A DNA stretch of 64,000 nucleotides, from NCBI GenBank assembly GCA_030704615.1, contig CM060733.1, forward strand, positions 23,064,001 to 23,128,000, given 5' to 3'. Both the position numbers and the translations under genes were made by a program. This document shows, piece after piece, positions 1 to 11,859 of the stretch. Below the pieces are notes generated by a model that did no database searches, was not told the DNA's origin, and worked only from the letters and a program-made list of their open reading frames with translations. Origin of the DNA: Takakia lepidozioides. Lineage: Eukaryota > Plantae > Bryophyta. How positions within the stretch are numbered: position 1 is the first letter of the stretch; every line of letters begins with the position of its first letter.

Positions 1-2480
1 TCCCTTCGGCACGTAGAGACGTCTTTGCTTATACCGGAGCAGTCCATTGTGCAAGTGGAACTACGATTTAACCCCCAACCTCAAGTCCCGCATCACGGCC
101 TTCGCCATCTCATCCTTTCGGTAAGCCTTCCAGATCTTCCTTTGGAGCGTCATCTCGCCCCTGTACACCAACATGAGCTGTTGCTTTCTACTTAGAGCAT
201 CGGCCACCACATTGTCCCGTCCCGGTTTGTACTGGATATCCACGTCAAACACTGCCAAAGTGTCTTGCCACCAAAGGTGTTTTGGGGACAACTTAGGCTG
301 TGTGGCAAAATACTTCACCGTGACATTGTCCGTGAACACTTTCACCGGGTTGGAACCAACATAGTGGCTCCAAAGCTAAAGGCAATGCACCACCGCCTTC
401 ATTTATTTCTCGTGCGTAGGCCACCGTCGCTCCACTTCATTCAGTTTCTTACTTATGTAAGCCATTGGACGTCCATCTTACATGAGCACACCCCCAATTG
501 CGAAGTCCGACGCATCTGTATGAATCTCAAATGGACGGTCGAACTCCGGGATTTTCAGGACTGGAGCTTCCGCCATCCGCTGCTTCAACTCGGCAAAATC
601 TTGGCCACAAAAAGTATTCCATATCCATACCTTGGACTTACACAGAAGATCTGACAGCGGTCCTGCGATCTTGGCAAAATTTCTCACATACTTTCGGTAA
701 TAGGAGGCAAGGAAGGATCGCCCTCACGGGACCGAAGTCGGAGGGGTGCGTTGGTGAGCCCAAAAGGCATCACCAAGAACTCATATGAACCATATCTTGT
801 CCTGCACGTGGTCTTCTCCTCATCCCCTTCCGCCACTCGGATTTTATGGTAACCTGCGCGCAAATCGATCCGGCTGAAATACTTTGCTCCTGCCAACCAA
901 TCGAAGAGGTCGTCGATCTTTGGCAAAGGGTACCGGTTTTTTATAGTCACCTTATTCAGAGCCCTGTAATCGACACACATCCGCAGTAGCACCGGGGCTC
1001 TGTAAGGTGACTTACTCGGCCGGATGTACCCCTTTGACATTAGATCCTTGAGTTGGGCCTTCAGCTCGACCAACTCTCTGTGGCTCAACCGGTAGGGCGC
1101 CTTGGCAGGTGGCTCCGATCTCGGTATCACCTCTATCTTGTGGTCACCTCCTCTTCGCGGTGGCAAGCCGCTTGGTAAATCCTCCGGCATCACATCCTGG
1201 TATTTCTCCAAGATCCCCTCGATCCAATCTGGGCTTGGCTCCCTATCGACTTCTCCTTCTACTTATCTTACGTAAAGCAAAAACTGGGGTTCGTGTGGCT
1301 CCTCCACGGCCCACTCCTTTGCTGTCACCAGGTTTATTCGCCCTCTCACTCGGTTGGGCGTTTTTTACACCCGTAAAACTTCATCACCATCCCCACACGG
1401 TAGCGTGACTACTCTCTTGCGGCCATCTATGACCGTTCCGGATTTGCTCAAAAAAATCATCCCCAAAATGAGATCCACTCCATCGATCTCGCAAATGGTG
1501 AAGTTCTCACGTCCCTCCCAACTCCCCAGCTGAAGAAGAACATCGAACACCAACCTCGTCGCCAGTTGTGGTTCTTCTTTGGCAGAACGCACTTCAATAG
1601 AGGCCCCCACATCACTTGTCGGGAGCCCCAACTTCCGTGCCGTTGTCGGTGTCATGAAGGAGTGCGATGTTCCTGTGTCCACCAACAACGACACGTTAGT
1701 TCAGAAAATTATCCCACTCACGAACATTAACTGACTCCTTTTACGCAAGGGGCCAGTCTCCCGATACAACTCACAAGAGTAGTTGGCTACCTTGCAAGTC
1801 TTGGCAATAATCGCTTCCACCAAGCGGCTGATGGATCTTCGGACAGGTCCGTGGTCGCCCGAGTCATGTTCAATTGTCGGGGTTTTGCGCACTTCTTGGC
1901 GCTGTGCCCGGGCTCCCCGCACTTAAAGTACATTCCATCGAAGGTTGTCTTCTGTCCACCATAAGCCGCCGCACCTGATTTTCCTTTCGGAGCACCGGGT
2001 GCCGCCTTGACGTGTGAAGGCCCTCCCTTCGATTTCCATGTGCCATTGTCGCCACGTGGCCTATCCCACTTCTTTTCCGGTCGGAAGGAGTCACCCTCCC
2101 GTCGGGTCTTCTTGTAGTTCAGCTCCGACGGCTTTCGCTCCTAAGGACATCCGAGAAACATGCAGCCTTTTCAATTGCCTCGTTCAAAGTCTTAGGTGGC
2201 TTCTCTTCCAATTTCCGTCTGGCCCATGGGGCCAGTCCCGCCACAAAGTTGAAGACTATTTCTGGTTCTGCCATATCCGCGACACATTGAAAGCCTGAAC
2301 ATATCTCCGAATGTCATCCGTTTGCTTCAAATTCCTCATCTAGTCTCGGGCAAGCCAGGACGCGTTGAGGGGCACAAACTGTCTTTTCATAAGTTCCTTG
2401 AACCCACTCCAGCTCAAGGTTTCTGGGTTTGGACCTTGGTCATGAAGGCGTTTCTGCCACCATTGTTGAGCATAGCCCCT
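1..2480 (-). mobile_element. Ty3/gypsy LTR retrotransposon (family A), degenerate gag(C-part)-protease-RT-RNaseH; continues off the left edge
   Basis: Fragmented minus-strand ORFs: gag (QQWWQK..WSGFKELMKRQFVP; degenerate zinc knuckle FKCGEPGHSAKKC), protease (LLVDTGTSHSF..DLILGM), RT ([26 protein letters not shown], with the YxDD region deleted), RNase H (HTDASDFAIGGVL, VFTD, YKPGRDNVVADALSR). Multiple stops and frameshifts. Confidence 0.95.
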
Positions 2481-4217
2481 TGTCGTGCACCTAAGCATCG
2501 TGCCACAACATACATCGCTGTCCACCACACAATCTAAGCACACAATCCTAGAAAGCTATACCACAATCGCCCCCCTAGCTGGTGGTTAGGTCCCTCTAAC
2601 TCCAGATAGCTACAAGATGTAATAGCCACAGCCATACTAAGTCCTCTATCACTGTCCCTATTGTACTCAAACTCTATAGACCAAGAGGCCGGGTACAAGA
2701 GCAACCCCATCGTTAGTTGCCGTCTTGCAATCTGTGAACTTGAGTCAGGATCTCGTGTGTTGGTCTCCTAGTAGCTTGGCCTTGCATTTCTTGTTAGCCT
2801 TCTATGGTTGTATCCACTCCCACTATCCAATCCCCATCAAGAACCATCTCAAGAGGTGGAGTCAAGCATCCCATGCCAACCTCTAGAGCATTGATCACAC
2901 ACCAGCATGGTGGTTGCCCCTCTAGTAGACCCACATAACATGCACCTCAAACTTGCAGGTACCACTGCCAGGTTTGGGTCAACCCTTCCATCAACATTTG
3001 GAAGGTGACATGGCGCGCAATTACGCACATGGTCCTTCCAAATCATGCCATCCCGACCCTCCAAGATCAGGACTCCTGAGGGCAACACCTCTCGAACCCT
3101 CAAAATAGTACGTCATGTAGTCACATCCAAGGTCGTAGGAGCAGTCTGCTGCAGATAAACATAGTCACCAGGGTTGAATCTCCGAACCCCAGGACGATAG
3201 CCCCCACCACGTATGGTAGCATACCTCAACGTATCACGATGTTGTGCAATGACAAGGTTCTCGAAAGCCATGGGCATGACTTTCTTGAACAACTCTGCAC
3301 GTTACTCACATGCACGTGCCCACACGTCCGGATCGTCAAGGTTAAGAACTGTAGCAGCTTCTCTGCGAATGGATGTAGGCAAATCCGGCTCTCGGCCAAA
3401 GAGAAGAAAGTATGGTGAGAAGGAGGCAAGTGATGCTTGCTTGCTGAACTTGTAGCCCATGGCTAACTAGGGTAACTGAAGGTCCCAATCTCCTATGTGT
3501 CCCTTCTGCAAGCCATACTTGCGCAAACCCCTCTTTATTGTCTGAACAACTCTCTCTGCCAAGCCATCGGCCTCAGGATGATCCCGAGAAGTGGTGCGGT
3601 GATCTATCAAGGCCTTGTCACACAAAACCTGAAACTCCCCCAAGAACTCTCTCCCTTGGTCCATGAGTACCTCAGCTGGAGCACCGAATCGGCTAAGCAC
3701 ACAATCCAAGAATGCATACGCAGCTACAAGAGCTAAATTCTCCTAGCTCTCAACCTCTTTAAAATACAAATGCAAAACTAATCCTTACACTCCGCACTCA
3801 CAAGCATAAGGTGATCTTCTTGTAGTGATAAGAGATGAGAAATGAGAGAAGTAGAAGACACATGAAGAACAAGCCCTGGTCCTTCCAAGTGAAATCCACT
3901 TTATCACATAAACTAAGTCAAGCCAATAGCACCTTTGCTAAATGAATCCACCCTACAAAACCCTCAACACACTCTCTCTCAATACCTAGAGCTATGGAGG
4001 TGAGAGAAGCTCATGGAGGCTCAACTACAAGAAGATGAGCCTCCTCAACACTCACAAGGGGAAAACCTATCTCCATGTCTCAAGTGAGGCTCGACACCTC
4101 ACTTGGCATGTGAGACCAAATGAAGTCCCAACACACAAAATATAAATATAAATATCTAAAATGTCCTAGTTAACTAGAAGTAGGTAATTCTAGATAACCA
4201 TGACTAAAACCATGACA
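2481..4217 (-). mobile_element. Family B insertion (copy 1): LTR-like sequence plus integrase C-half with PHD finger, inserted in the family A gag
   Basis: Plus-strand ends TGTCGTG...CATGACA flanked by 4-bp direct repeat CCCT (2477-2480, 4218-4221). Removing it restores in-frame gag TYLRGYAQQWW. Contains integrase (DQGREF..HPEADGLAERVVQT, RFNPGDYV) and a PHD-like CMLC..LVCDQCSRGWH. Confidence 0.85.
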
Positions 4218-4671
4218 CCCTCAAATAGGTGGGAGCCACTTCCACCCGACCCTCATCACTCAACTTGGCCGCCCGGAAGTACTGCTCTAGCTCTAAGAAC
4301 TAGGTGTTGAGTGCCTTCCGATTTCGGACGTCCTCGAAGGTGTCGAGTTCCTTAGGCTTCACCTTAAACTTTGCCTTAGTGGAAGTGGCATTAGAAGCCC
4401 TCAACACGTCTTTCAACGTCCCGCCAAACTGCGCCAACAACCCTTCCCAAAAAGCTGCCGGCATGGGAGGCATCTGTTGGTCTGGCAAAGCCTCTGGGAA
4501 GTCATCGGGCTCCGACTCCCAAAATTCCTCCCGTTCTTGAGCGGCCTCACTTTCAAAAGCATGAATCGCCTCTTTCAATTGCCGCTTCGGTGACACGTCG
4601 CCCCCATCGGGCTCACCATGATCATCATCTTTCGGGCCGTTCCGCTTTCGCTTTGTCTTGTCCGACCCCAT
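4218..4671 (-). pseudogene. Family A gag, N-terminal part
   Basis: ORF MGSDKTKRK...KVKPKELDTFEDVRNRKALNT*FLELEQYF lies directly downstream of the PBS and has an in-frame stop. Confidence 0.8.
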
Positions 4672-4712
4672 GATAAAGCTGATCTCAAGGACGATCGCAT
4701 ACTGAATTCTAA

Positions 4713-4724
4713 GCTCTGATACCA
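4713..4724 (-). promoter_or_regulatory. Primer-binding site complementary to initiator tRNA-Met
   Basis: TGGTATCAGAGC on the minus strand, 2 nt after the LTR end (...GCGACA at 4727). Confidence 0.92.
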
Positions 4725-4726
4725 AG

Positions 4727-5410
4727 TGTCGCATACCTCACTTTGGTAAGCTCTCCTTCAAGTCATAGTTACTCGCTTTGATGCGCGCGCCTAACTCCCA
4801 AACTGGCCGCCGAGCCAACTCTGAGCTTCGGCTGCTCATCGGGACATAACGGTCCCCCTTTGCTCCCCCACAAGACCTCGCTCACTTTGGGCCTAGTGGA
4901 ATTCCCTTTGGTTGTTGGCAGTCCGGAACAGCTTCCCCACACCTTGCTGCTTTCGGCTCGCACGCTTACGCACTAGTTTTTGGTCACCAACGGGCTTGCC
5001 CCGTTCTCGAGGTACTACTAACTATATATACTTCTGTGACTGTCCGCACGGGTTGAACAAACAACCCAGTCATTTTTTTTATGGCGAACCACCACGAAGA
5101 CCCTGACTCTCGGTGATGAGTCGCGGTGAGTCTTGGCCCCACCCACCACGGCCCCAATGACCGCTATGAGCCAAGACTCCCCACGACTCCCCACCACAAA
5201 GGTATCCGCCCCATGGTGAGTCTTATGCACCCCCACTAAGACCCACTAAGCTACCACCACCCATCGTGGAACCAACCCCACATCAGCAACCCGGTGTGCA
5301 GGGCTCCACCTAGTGAGCGCCTCCGCCTCCTTGAGTGCCTTGGACACTCAAGGGTGCTTCAGCCCCCGTACCTATTGTTGCCACTGCCCCCACCACAGGG
5401 GCAGCTCCTT
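4727..5410 (-). repeat. 5' LTR of family A (its first ~37 bp displaced to 5692-5728 by an inversion)
   Basis: Reverse-complement homolog of the solo LTR at 5816-6552; ends in CA next to the PBS. Confidence 0.88.
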
Positions 5411-7848
5411 TTAACTAGAATTACCTACTTATAGTTAACTATGACATTTTAGATATTATATTTTGTGTGTCCGGAATTCATTTGGTCTCACATGCCAGTG
5501 AGGTGTCAAGCCTTCACTTGAGAACATGGGGATGGGTTTTCCCTTTGTGAGGGTGAGGAGGCTCATCTTCTTGTAGTTGAGCCTCAATGAGCCTCTCTCA
5601 CCTCATAGCTCTAGGTATTGAGAGGGCGTGTGTTGAGGGCTTTGTAGGGTGGATTCCCTTAGCAATGGTGCCATTGGCTTGACTTAGTTTATGTTGCGGC
5701 CCTTCGCCTTGAGGGCAGGGGGTCGGGACATGACTAAAACCATGACAGCTGTCGTGCACCTAAGCATCATGCCACCAACTAACATCGTTGTCCATCACAC
5801 ATCCTAAGCATACAATGTCGCGGCCCTTTGCCTTGACGGCAGGGGGGGGAAAAAGGAGGGGCTGCCCCTGGGTGGGGGCAGCAGCTGAGTGATAGGTATG
5901 GGGGGGCTAAGCAACCCTTGAGTGCCAAAGGCACTCAGGGGGGCGAAGCGAAGGCGCTCATAGGATGGAACCCCGCACACCGGGTTGCGGTGGGGTGGGG
6001 GTGTACACAAGGGGTGGTGGTAGCTTAGCTGGATAGTGGGGGTGGCATTGGACTCACCCATGGGGGCGGAGACTAGTGGTGGGAGTTGTGGGGAGTCTGG
6101 GACTCATCACTCATGGTCCATAGGGGCCGTGGTGAGTGGGCCAAGACTCACCGACGACTAATCACCGGGAGTCGAGGGTTTTCGTGGGTGGTTGCCATAA
6201 AATGGCATGGCTGGTGGTGAACCCCCCGCGGACAGCTACAGAAGTATCTATAGGGGAGTAGTGACCCCGAGAACGATGCAAGCCCCGTGGTGACCAAAAA
6301 ATAGTGAGTAAGCGAGCGAGCCGGAAAGCGACCAAAGAGTGGGGAGCTGTTCCGGACTGCCATCTACAAAAGGGAATTCCACTAGGCCCAAATAGGTGGA
6401 GGGTTTAGTGGGAAGCGAAGGGGGGACCGTTATGTCCCGGTGAGCAGCCGAAGCTCCAAGTTGGCCCGGCGGCCAGGTTGGGAGTCAGGCGCGCGCATCA
6501 AAGCGAGTAACTATGACTTGAAGGGGAGCTTACCGAAGTGAGGTGCGCGACATACAATCCAAGAAAGCTATGCCACAATCGCCCCCCTAGCTGGTGATTA
6601 GGTCTCTCTAACACCGGATAGCTGACAAGTATCCACCCTAATAAGATCACTGATTGGTCTTCAATCGCACAAGTCCCAGTATCCGAAGTCGATAGATCAA
6701 GAGGCCGGATGCAAAAGTAGCCCCATCGTTAGTCGCATTCTTGCAATCCATGGCTTTTACTGGGGTATCCATGGCGTTGAACCCCCACTAGCTAGACCTT
6801 GGGTCCTTGTCAACCTCATCATTGTCATGTCCACTGTCTTTGTCCAAGGCATCATAGACACAACCATTCTCCACTAGGAACCTCCTCAAGTGGCAGTGTC
6901 AAGCATCTCATATGCCACGTCCCCCTTGAACATCTATCACACAGCAGCATGGTGGTGGCACCACCAGCATGCCCACATAGCATGCAATGCAACCCTGCAG
7001 GTACGACTGCAAGGTTAGGGTCTATCCTCCCATCCACGTGTGGAAGGTGACATGGCGCACAATTACCCACATGGTCCTTCCATATCATGCCATCTCGACC
7101 CTCCAAAATCAACACTCCTGAAGGCAACACCTTCCATTCTCGTAGAATCACACGTCCTGCTGTGACATCCAAGGTTGTAGGTGATATCTGTTGTAGATAC
7201 ACATAGTCCCCAGGGTTAAATCTCCGAACACCCGGTCGATATCCGCCTCCACGTATGGTGGCATACCTCAATATGTCTCGGTGTTGGGCAATAGCAAGGT
7301 TCTCAAAAGCCATAGGCATGACTCTCTTGAACAACTCTGCCCGCTAGTCACACGCTTGTGTCCACACATCCGGATCATCAAGGTCAAGGACTATTGCAGC
7401 CTCCCTGGAATAGATGTAGGTAAATCTAGCTCTCGGCCGAAGAGAAAAAAATAAGGTGAGAAGGAGGCAAGTGACGCTTGTTTCCTGAACCTATAGCCCA
7501 TAGCCAACCAATGCAGCGAAGGTCCCAATCTTTCATGTGTGTCTTCTGCAAACCGTACCTACGCAAATCCCTCTTGACTATCTGAACAACTTTCTCCGCC
7601 AAGCCATCAGCCTCGGGATGATCCCTAGAAGTAGTGCGGTGATCTATCAATGTTTGCTCACACAAAGCCTGAAACTCCCCTAAGAACTCTGTTCCCTGGT
7701 CCGTGAGTACCTCGGCTGGACCACCAAATTGGCTAAGCACTCGATCTAAGAATGCATATGCAACCCCCTCACTTGCCTTGTCAGGCAATGCCACCAGTTC
7801 AATCCATTTGGAGAAGTGTTCCACTATCACCAACACATACGTGTTACG
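5411..7848 (-). mobile_element. Family B copy 2: integrase core, PHD finger, PPT-like tract and LTR-like sequence
   Basis: ORFs 7426-7836 (LVIVEHFSKWIELVAL..LTDQGTEF..HPEADGLAE) and 6852-7334 (CMLC..LLCDRCSRGTWHMRCLTLPLEEVPSGEWLC). AGGGGGGCGAT is followed by TGTGG at 6577. Homologous to 2481-4217. Confidence 0.85.
5816..6552 (+). mobile_element. Solo LTR of family A (737 bp)
   Basis: TGTCGCG...CGCGACA termini, perfect 5-bp TSD TACAA (5811-5815, 6553-6557). The empty site is visible in the paralogous copy at about 2530-2560. Confidence 0.93.
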
Positions 7849-7929
7849 GCGAATTTACAAAGAATTAACAAATTATCAAATGTAAACCAACATTTATCTC
7901 ATAATTCTAATATTGTGGGCAAAAAGTGC

Positions 7930-10900
7930 TCAACCTTCCCTCTGCCAATTTAATGGAAAATTGACTAATTGCACTTCATCTTTCAGTGCCCATGCTACTA
8001 CCATATCCAATTGTTCATCTTTACTCAGTTTCATGTGACCTTTGAAAATTGCAGAAGATTTCTTCCCTTTGCAGCCTTTGGTAGCATTCAACTTGTTCTC
8101 CATTACGATGAAATTCGGCAATTCTTTGAGAACCTCCGATGTATTTTGAACTCCCATAGCAAACGTAGCTATAGTGAGTTTATCTTGTCTGGTGAGATTT
8201 TTGAAATCTTCTAAACACCACATACAGTGGATGAGAAATAATCACACCAACACATAACATTATTGAAATACTACATAGTTGTTAAAATCCATCTTACCAT
8301 TTGATGCTTGTTTTCAGTTGTAGGTTTTTCTCTGTTTGAGATGTTTGCCCCTTTTCTACGTGTTCGAGCATCCGATTTGCAATTCTCCTAGAACGCTGCA
8401 TCAAACATAAATAAACTGTGAGAAAACAAGTAATAACATTATACACATATTACAGTTACAGATTCATGATAAAAAAAAACACATCAGTGGCTTAGCGGTG
8501 AGCCACTTGTGTATTGACCTTTAGGTCTAAGGTTCAACCCCCTATCATCTATCTTTCTACCTTCAGACTGGGTTTTGCCCCTATGATAATGGGCTCCACT
8601 GTCGGAAACAAAAGAGAACTAAAAAAGACAAAAAAAAAACAGTATTTAATTTTAATATTTTGAAGGTAGGTCTATGATGGAAGGATACATTTACCTTAAC
8701 AGATGGAGGAAGACAATCTGAAACTTCCATCTCTGTATTACAGTGTTCTTCTCCATCAATGTTCAAAACAGTAAAAATGTTGATGCCCCGCTCTTCATTC
8801 ACCTCATGTACAGTACATTTCTTAATATTAATACAAATCAATAGAACATGTATAAAGAAACAAAGATAAAAATAATAATAACATTCCATCTAAAATACCT
8901 ACATAGTTGTTGAGGTTTTTGTTGTGTGTCCCTTCTCTGTTTGAACTGTTCGCCCCTTCGCAACTTGTTCAAAAGTCTCATTTGCAACTTTCTTACAGCG
9001 CTGCACCATACAAAAAATAGATTAATGTAAGGAAAGATATGATTGAGTAGGTTACTACCAGTGATAACAGCGTTGTACCCTACAAAAAGATGATTAATGT
9101 AAGAAAAGATATGATTGAGTAGGTTGCTACCAGTGAAAAAAATAACTTAAAATATTTAAACAGATATCTACAATTTAATATATATTACCTTCATAGATGG
9201 AGCTGTATTTTGTGCATCAATATTGAGCACCGTAAAAAGGCTGAGGCCTTGTTCTTCAGTGACCACCTGGAAGAATATTCTTAATAGTATTAGTACATAC
9301 CATTAAAATGACACATCTCCTTAAAATCTACCCTCTATTTCTATCTTACAACTAATAGATACAACAAAATATGATTCAAATGAAAACATATAAACAATAT
9401 ACCTCTGTGGTTGACTCTGGATATTTGATACATTATCAAATGCTTTGTTAGCTTTTGTTGAAAAAACCTCATGTAGTCCTCCAGCATTTTTTGGTCTCAT
9501 GTTCCACTCATCATTCTTACATGTCTGTTTCTGGTGGTGTAAATCACTATTGTCGTTTTCGTGCCAATCCCCTTTCTTTCCGTACGTATACCTATTAGAA
9601 AGTATATAAAAATATATAATTTTATATCATATTCATACTAGTATACTATTTATAATAAAGATTTACTCACAAGTACACTTTGTGGAGTTGACTCCAATAG
9701 AATAGTAGTACTGGTATGCTTGAGTACAACCTCTGGAACTTCAATTGTTTCTTCACCCAATAGCTCTTCAAATAGAGCTGGGGAGTTGGCTCCAGCCTTA
9801 CATATGTAGTAGGAATTTCAATTTCATCACCCTGCAAAAATATATTGCAAAAAATAAAGTAATAAAATACTACATATAAGTTTTCCAGACAATATAAACA
9901 AAGAAAACTTGATAATAAAATAGTGAGAGTATTCCATACCTCTGAGAAATCTTTGATCTGGAGTTGTGGATGCTTAAACTGTTCTCCCCTTGGAATATAA
10001 AAATTCCCAACATCCTCAAGAATGTTAATAATCTTCACACTCCACACCTTGTAAGGGTTCAACCTTACAACCTTCAATGGTTTTCCATACCCAGAACAGT
10101 GAGCCTCTTCCACTAGTCAGCCGTGTTGTTTTGTTGAATCGATAAATGATTCGGATAAACACTATGTATCCCTCATATTGAGCCTTGTAGTTGTTGTAGG
10201 TAATTTTAACCCTATCAATGCAAGAGTATAATTACCACTGCTACACAACTCAATACATTTTGCATCTTCTACAGAAGACTCCACCTTGGTTGGAAGCAGT
10301 TTTTTGCGACATTTTGAAGGTGGTTGAAATGTATCTGAAACTGAACCTCCACCATTGCTTTTTTTGAAAGCTTCCCTCTTGACCTTTTTCCCAATCACGT
10401 AGTGTTTTGTTTCCAAAAATGATTTGTAAATATCCTCCACTTTCCACCTCAAAGTGGTTGAAGCTTCTAGAAACACCAAACTGGATAAAGCAGATTCTTT
10501 GTCCTTTATAAAACGTTGTAGTTCTTCTTGGGCTTCTTTGCTATGCCTGAAGTTAGCATTGTAAAAAGACTCAATGACAGGGTCTGTAGTATTTTTAAAC
10601 CAAAGCCGCACCTGAGCTTGATTGAAGTTGAAAACTTGCTGAGCTTGGGGGTGGTATTTAGCTAAATACCTCCTTCCATACATATGACCTTCTTCAAATG
10701 GCACATGTTTGGGACGACCTTTGAATATCATGTCGTATGTAGGACTTGGATCATCTTGAGTCCTACTTGTACTTCTAGGTTCACTTTGTGTCGTTGTGTC
10801 ACTGGATTTTTGTTCTGCCCCAGTCTCGATACATCTACTCGCTTGTTTGCTTCCACCACCATTGACACTTACTTTCTCTGCAATGTCTGTACAATCCACA

Positions 10901-11247
10901 GTGACAGCAGGAATAAGTTCTTCACCTGACAAAACTTTCTGGGCCACTGAGTTTGCTGGACTCTTCAACTCCATTGAAAGATTAATATGACCATCTATAG
11001 GGGTGGTCTTCGACACATTGTATGTAGCAATCCATGATAGTATTGCCTTCAAATGTTTGAGAATCTTCACTCCCAAATCTTTCAGATCTTTCCTTTCAAG
11101 ATCTAACAAATCACCCCCATCAACTTCTGCTTCCACAAATGCTCCAATATAATCTTTACAATCTAAAAACTCTGAAATATACTCTGTCACTTCAAAAACA
11201 GACCACTTCAATACTGTACCTTTAGATGGGTATCCCTCCATGACCAC
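7930..11247 (-). CDS. Multi-exon transposon accessory ORF with N-terminal SAM domain (likely second gene of the CACTA-like element; intactness uncertain)
   Basis: ORF 10162-11247 begins WSVFEVTEYISEFLDCKDYIGAFVEAEVDGGDLLDLERKDLKDLGVKILKHLKAILSWI, a SAM pattern. Further exon-like blocks run down to 7930 between AT-rich introns. Confidence 0.6.
8482..8630 (+). mobile_element. tRNA-derived SINE-like insertion
   Basis: A-box TGGCTTAGCGG and B-box GGTTCAACCCC at tRNA-like spacing, A-rich tail, and flanking direct repeat AAAAAAAAACA (8471-8481, 8631-8641). Confidence 0.6.
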
Positions 11248-11859
11248 TATCTTCAGACACTACTTACATACTATCCTTAGACACTTCCTACAAAAAAACT
11301 ACACTTGCTCTCTATGACTACTCTCCCCCTACATTCCACACATTCCATCGGGAGTGAACATCAAAACTGATAACTAGAACTAAGAAGACAGATACATGGA
11401 AACTAGGGTATCCACTACAAAACCTAAACTGACAAAGGCGGGAAAAAGTATAGTGGATAAGATTTCAATTTGAATATTTTAAATATATATATTTTCCATC
11501 AGTACATTTTAATTTTAAAACATTATTCACTTCTAATGATAAAATAAACTATTTGAATAAAAAAATATTTAAAGTGATCGATTTCCATACTTCTACTGCT
11601 GTATTTTAACTATACAAATGGTAAAATATACTAATTAAATGAATATTTTAATATTATATAATACTATATTATTTATATAAATTTATAGATATTAAAAAAA
11701 CCATTTCAATATTGAGATGGCCATCTCAACCGTTCAAATGATCATCTCAATATTAATTATATGTAGAATTCTTGTATTGTTTTATTTTCAAATTTAGATA
11801 ATTGGTTTGATATTTGTCAATCTGTATATTCCAATGTAAATTTGACAAGTGTCCATGAG

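Noticed and set aside
8482-8545. Functional tRNA gene
   Set aside because: No acceptor stem or complete cloverleaf; better explained as a SINE head.
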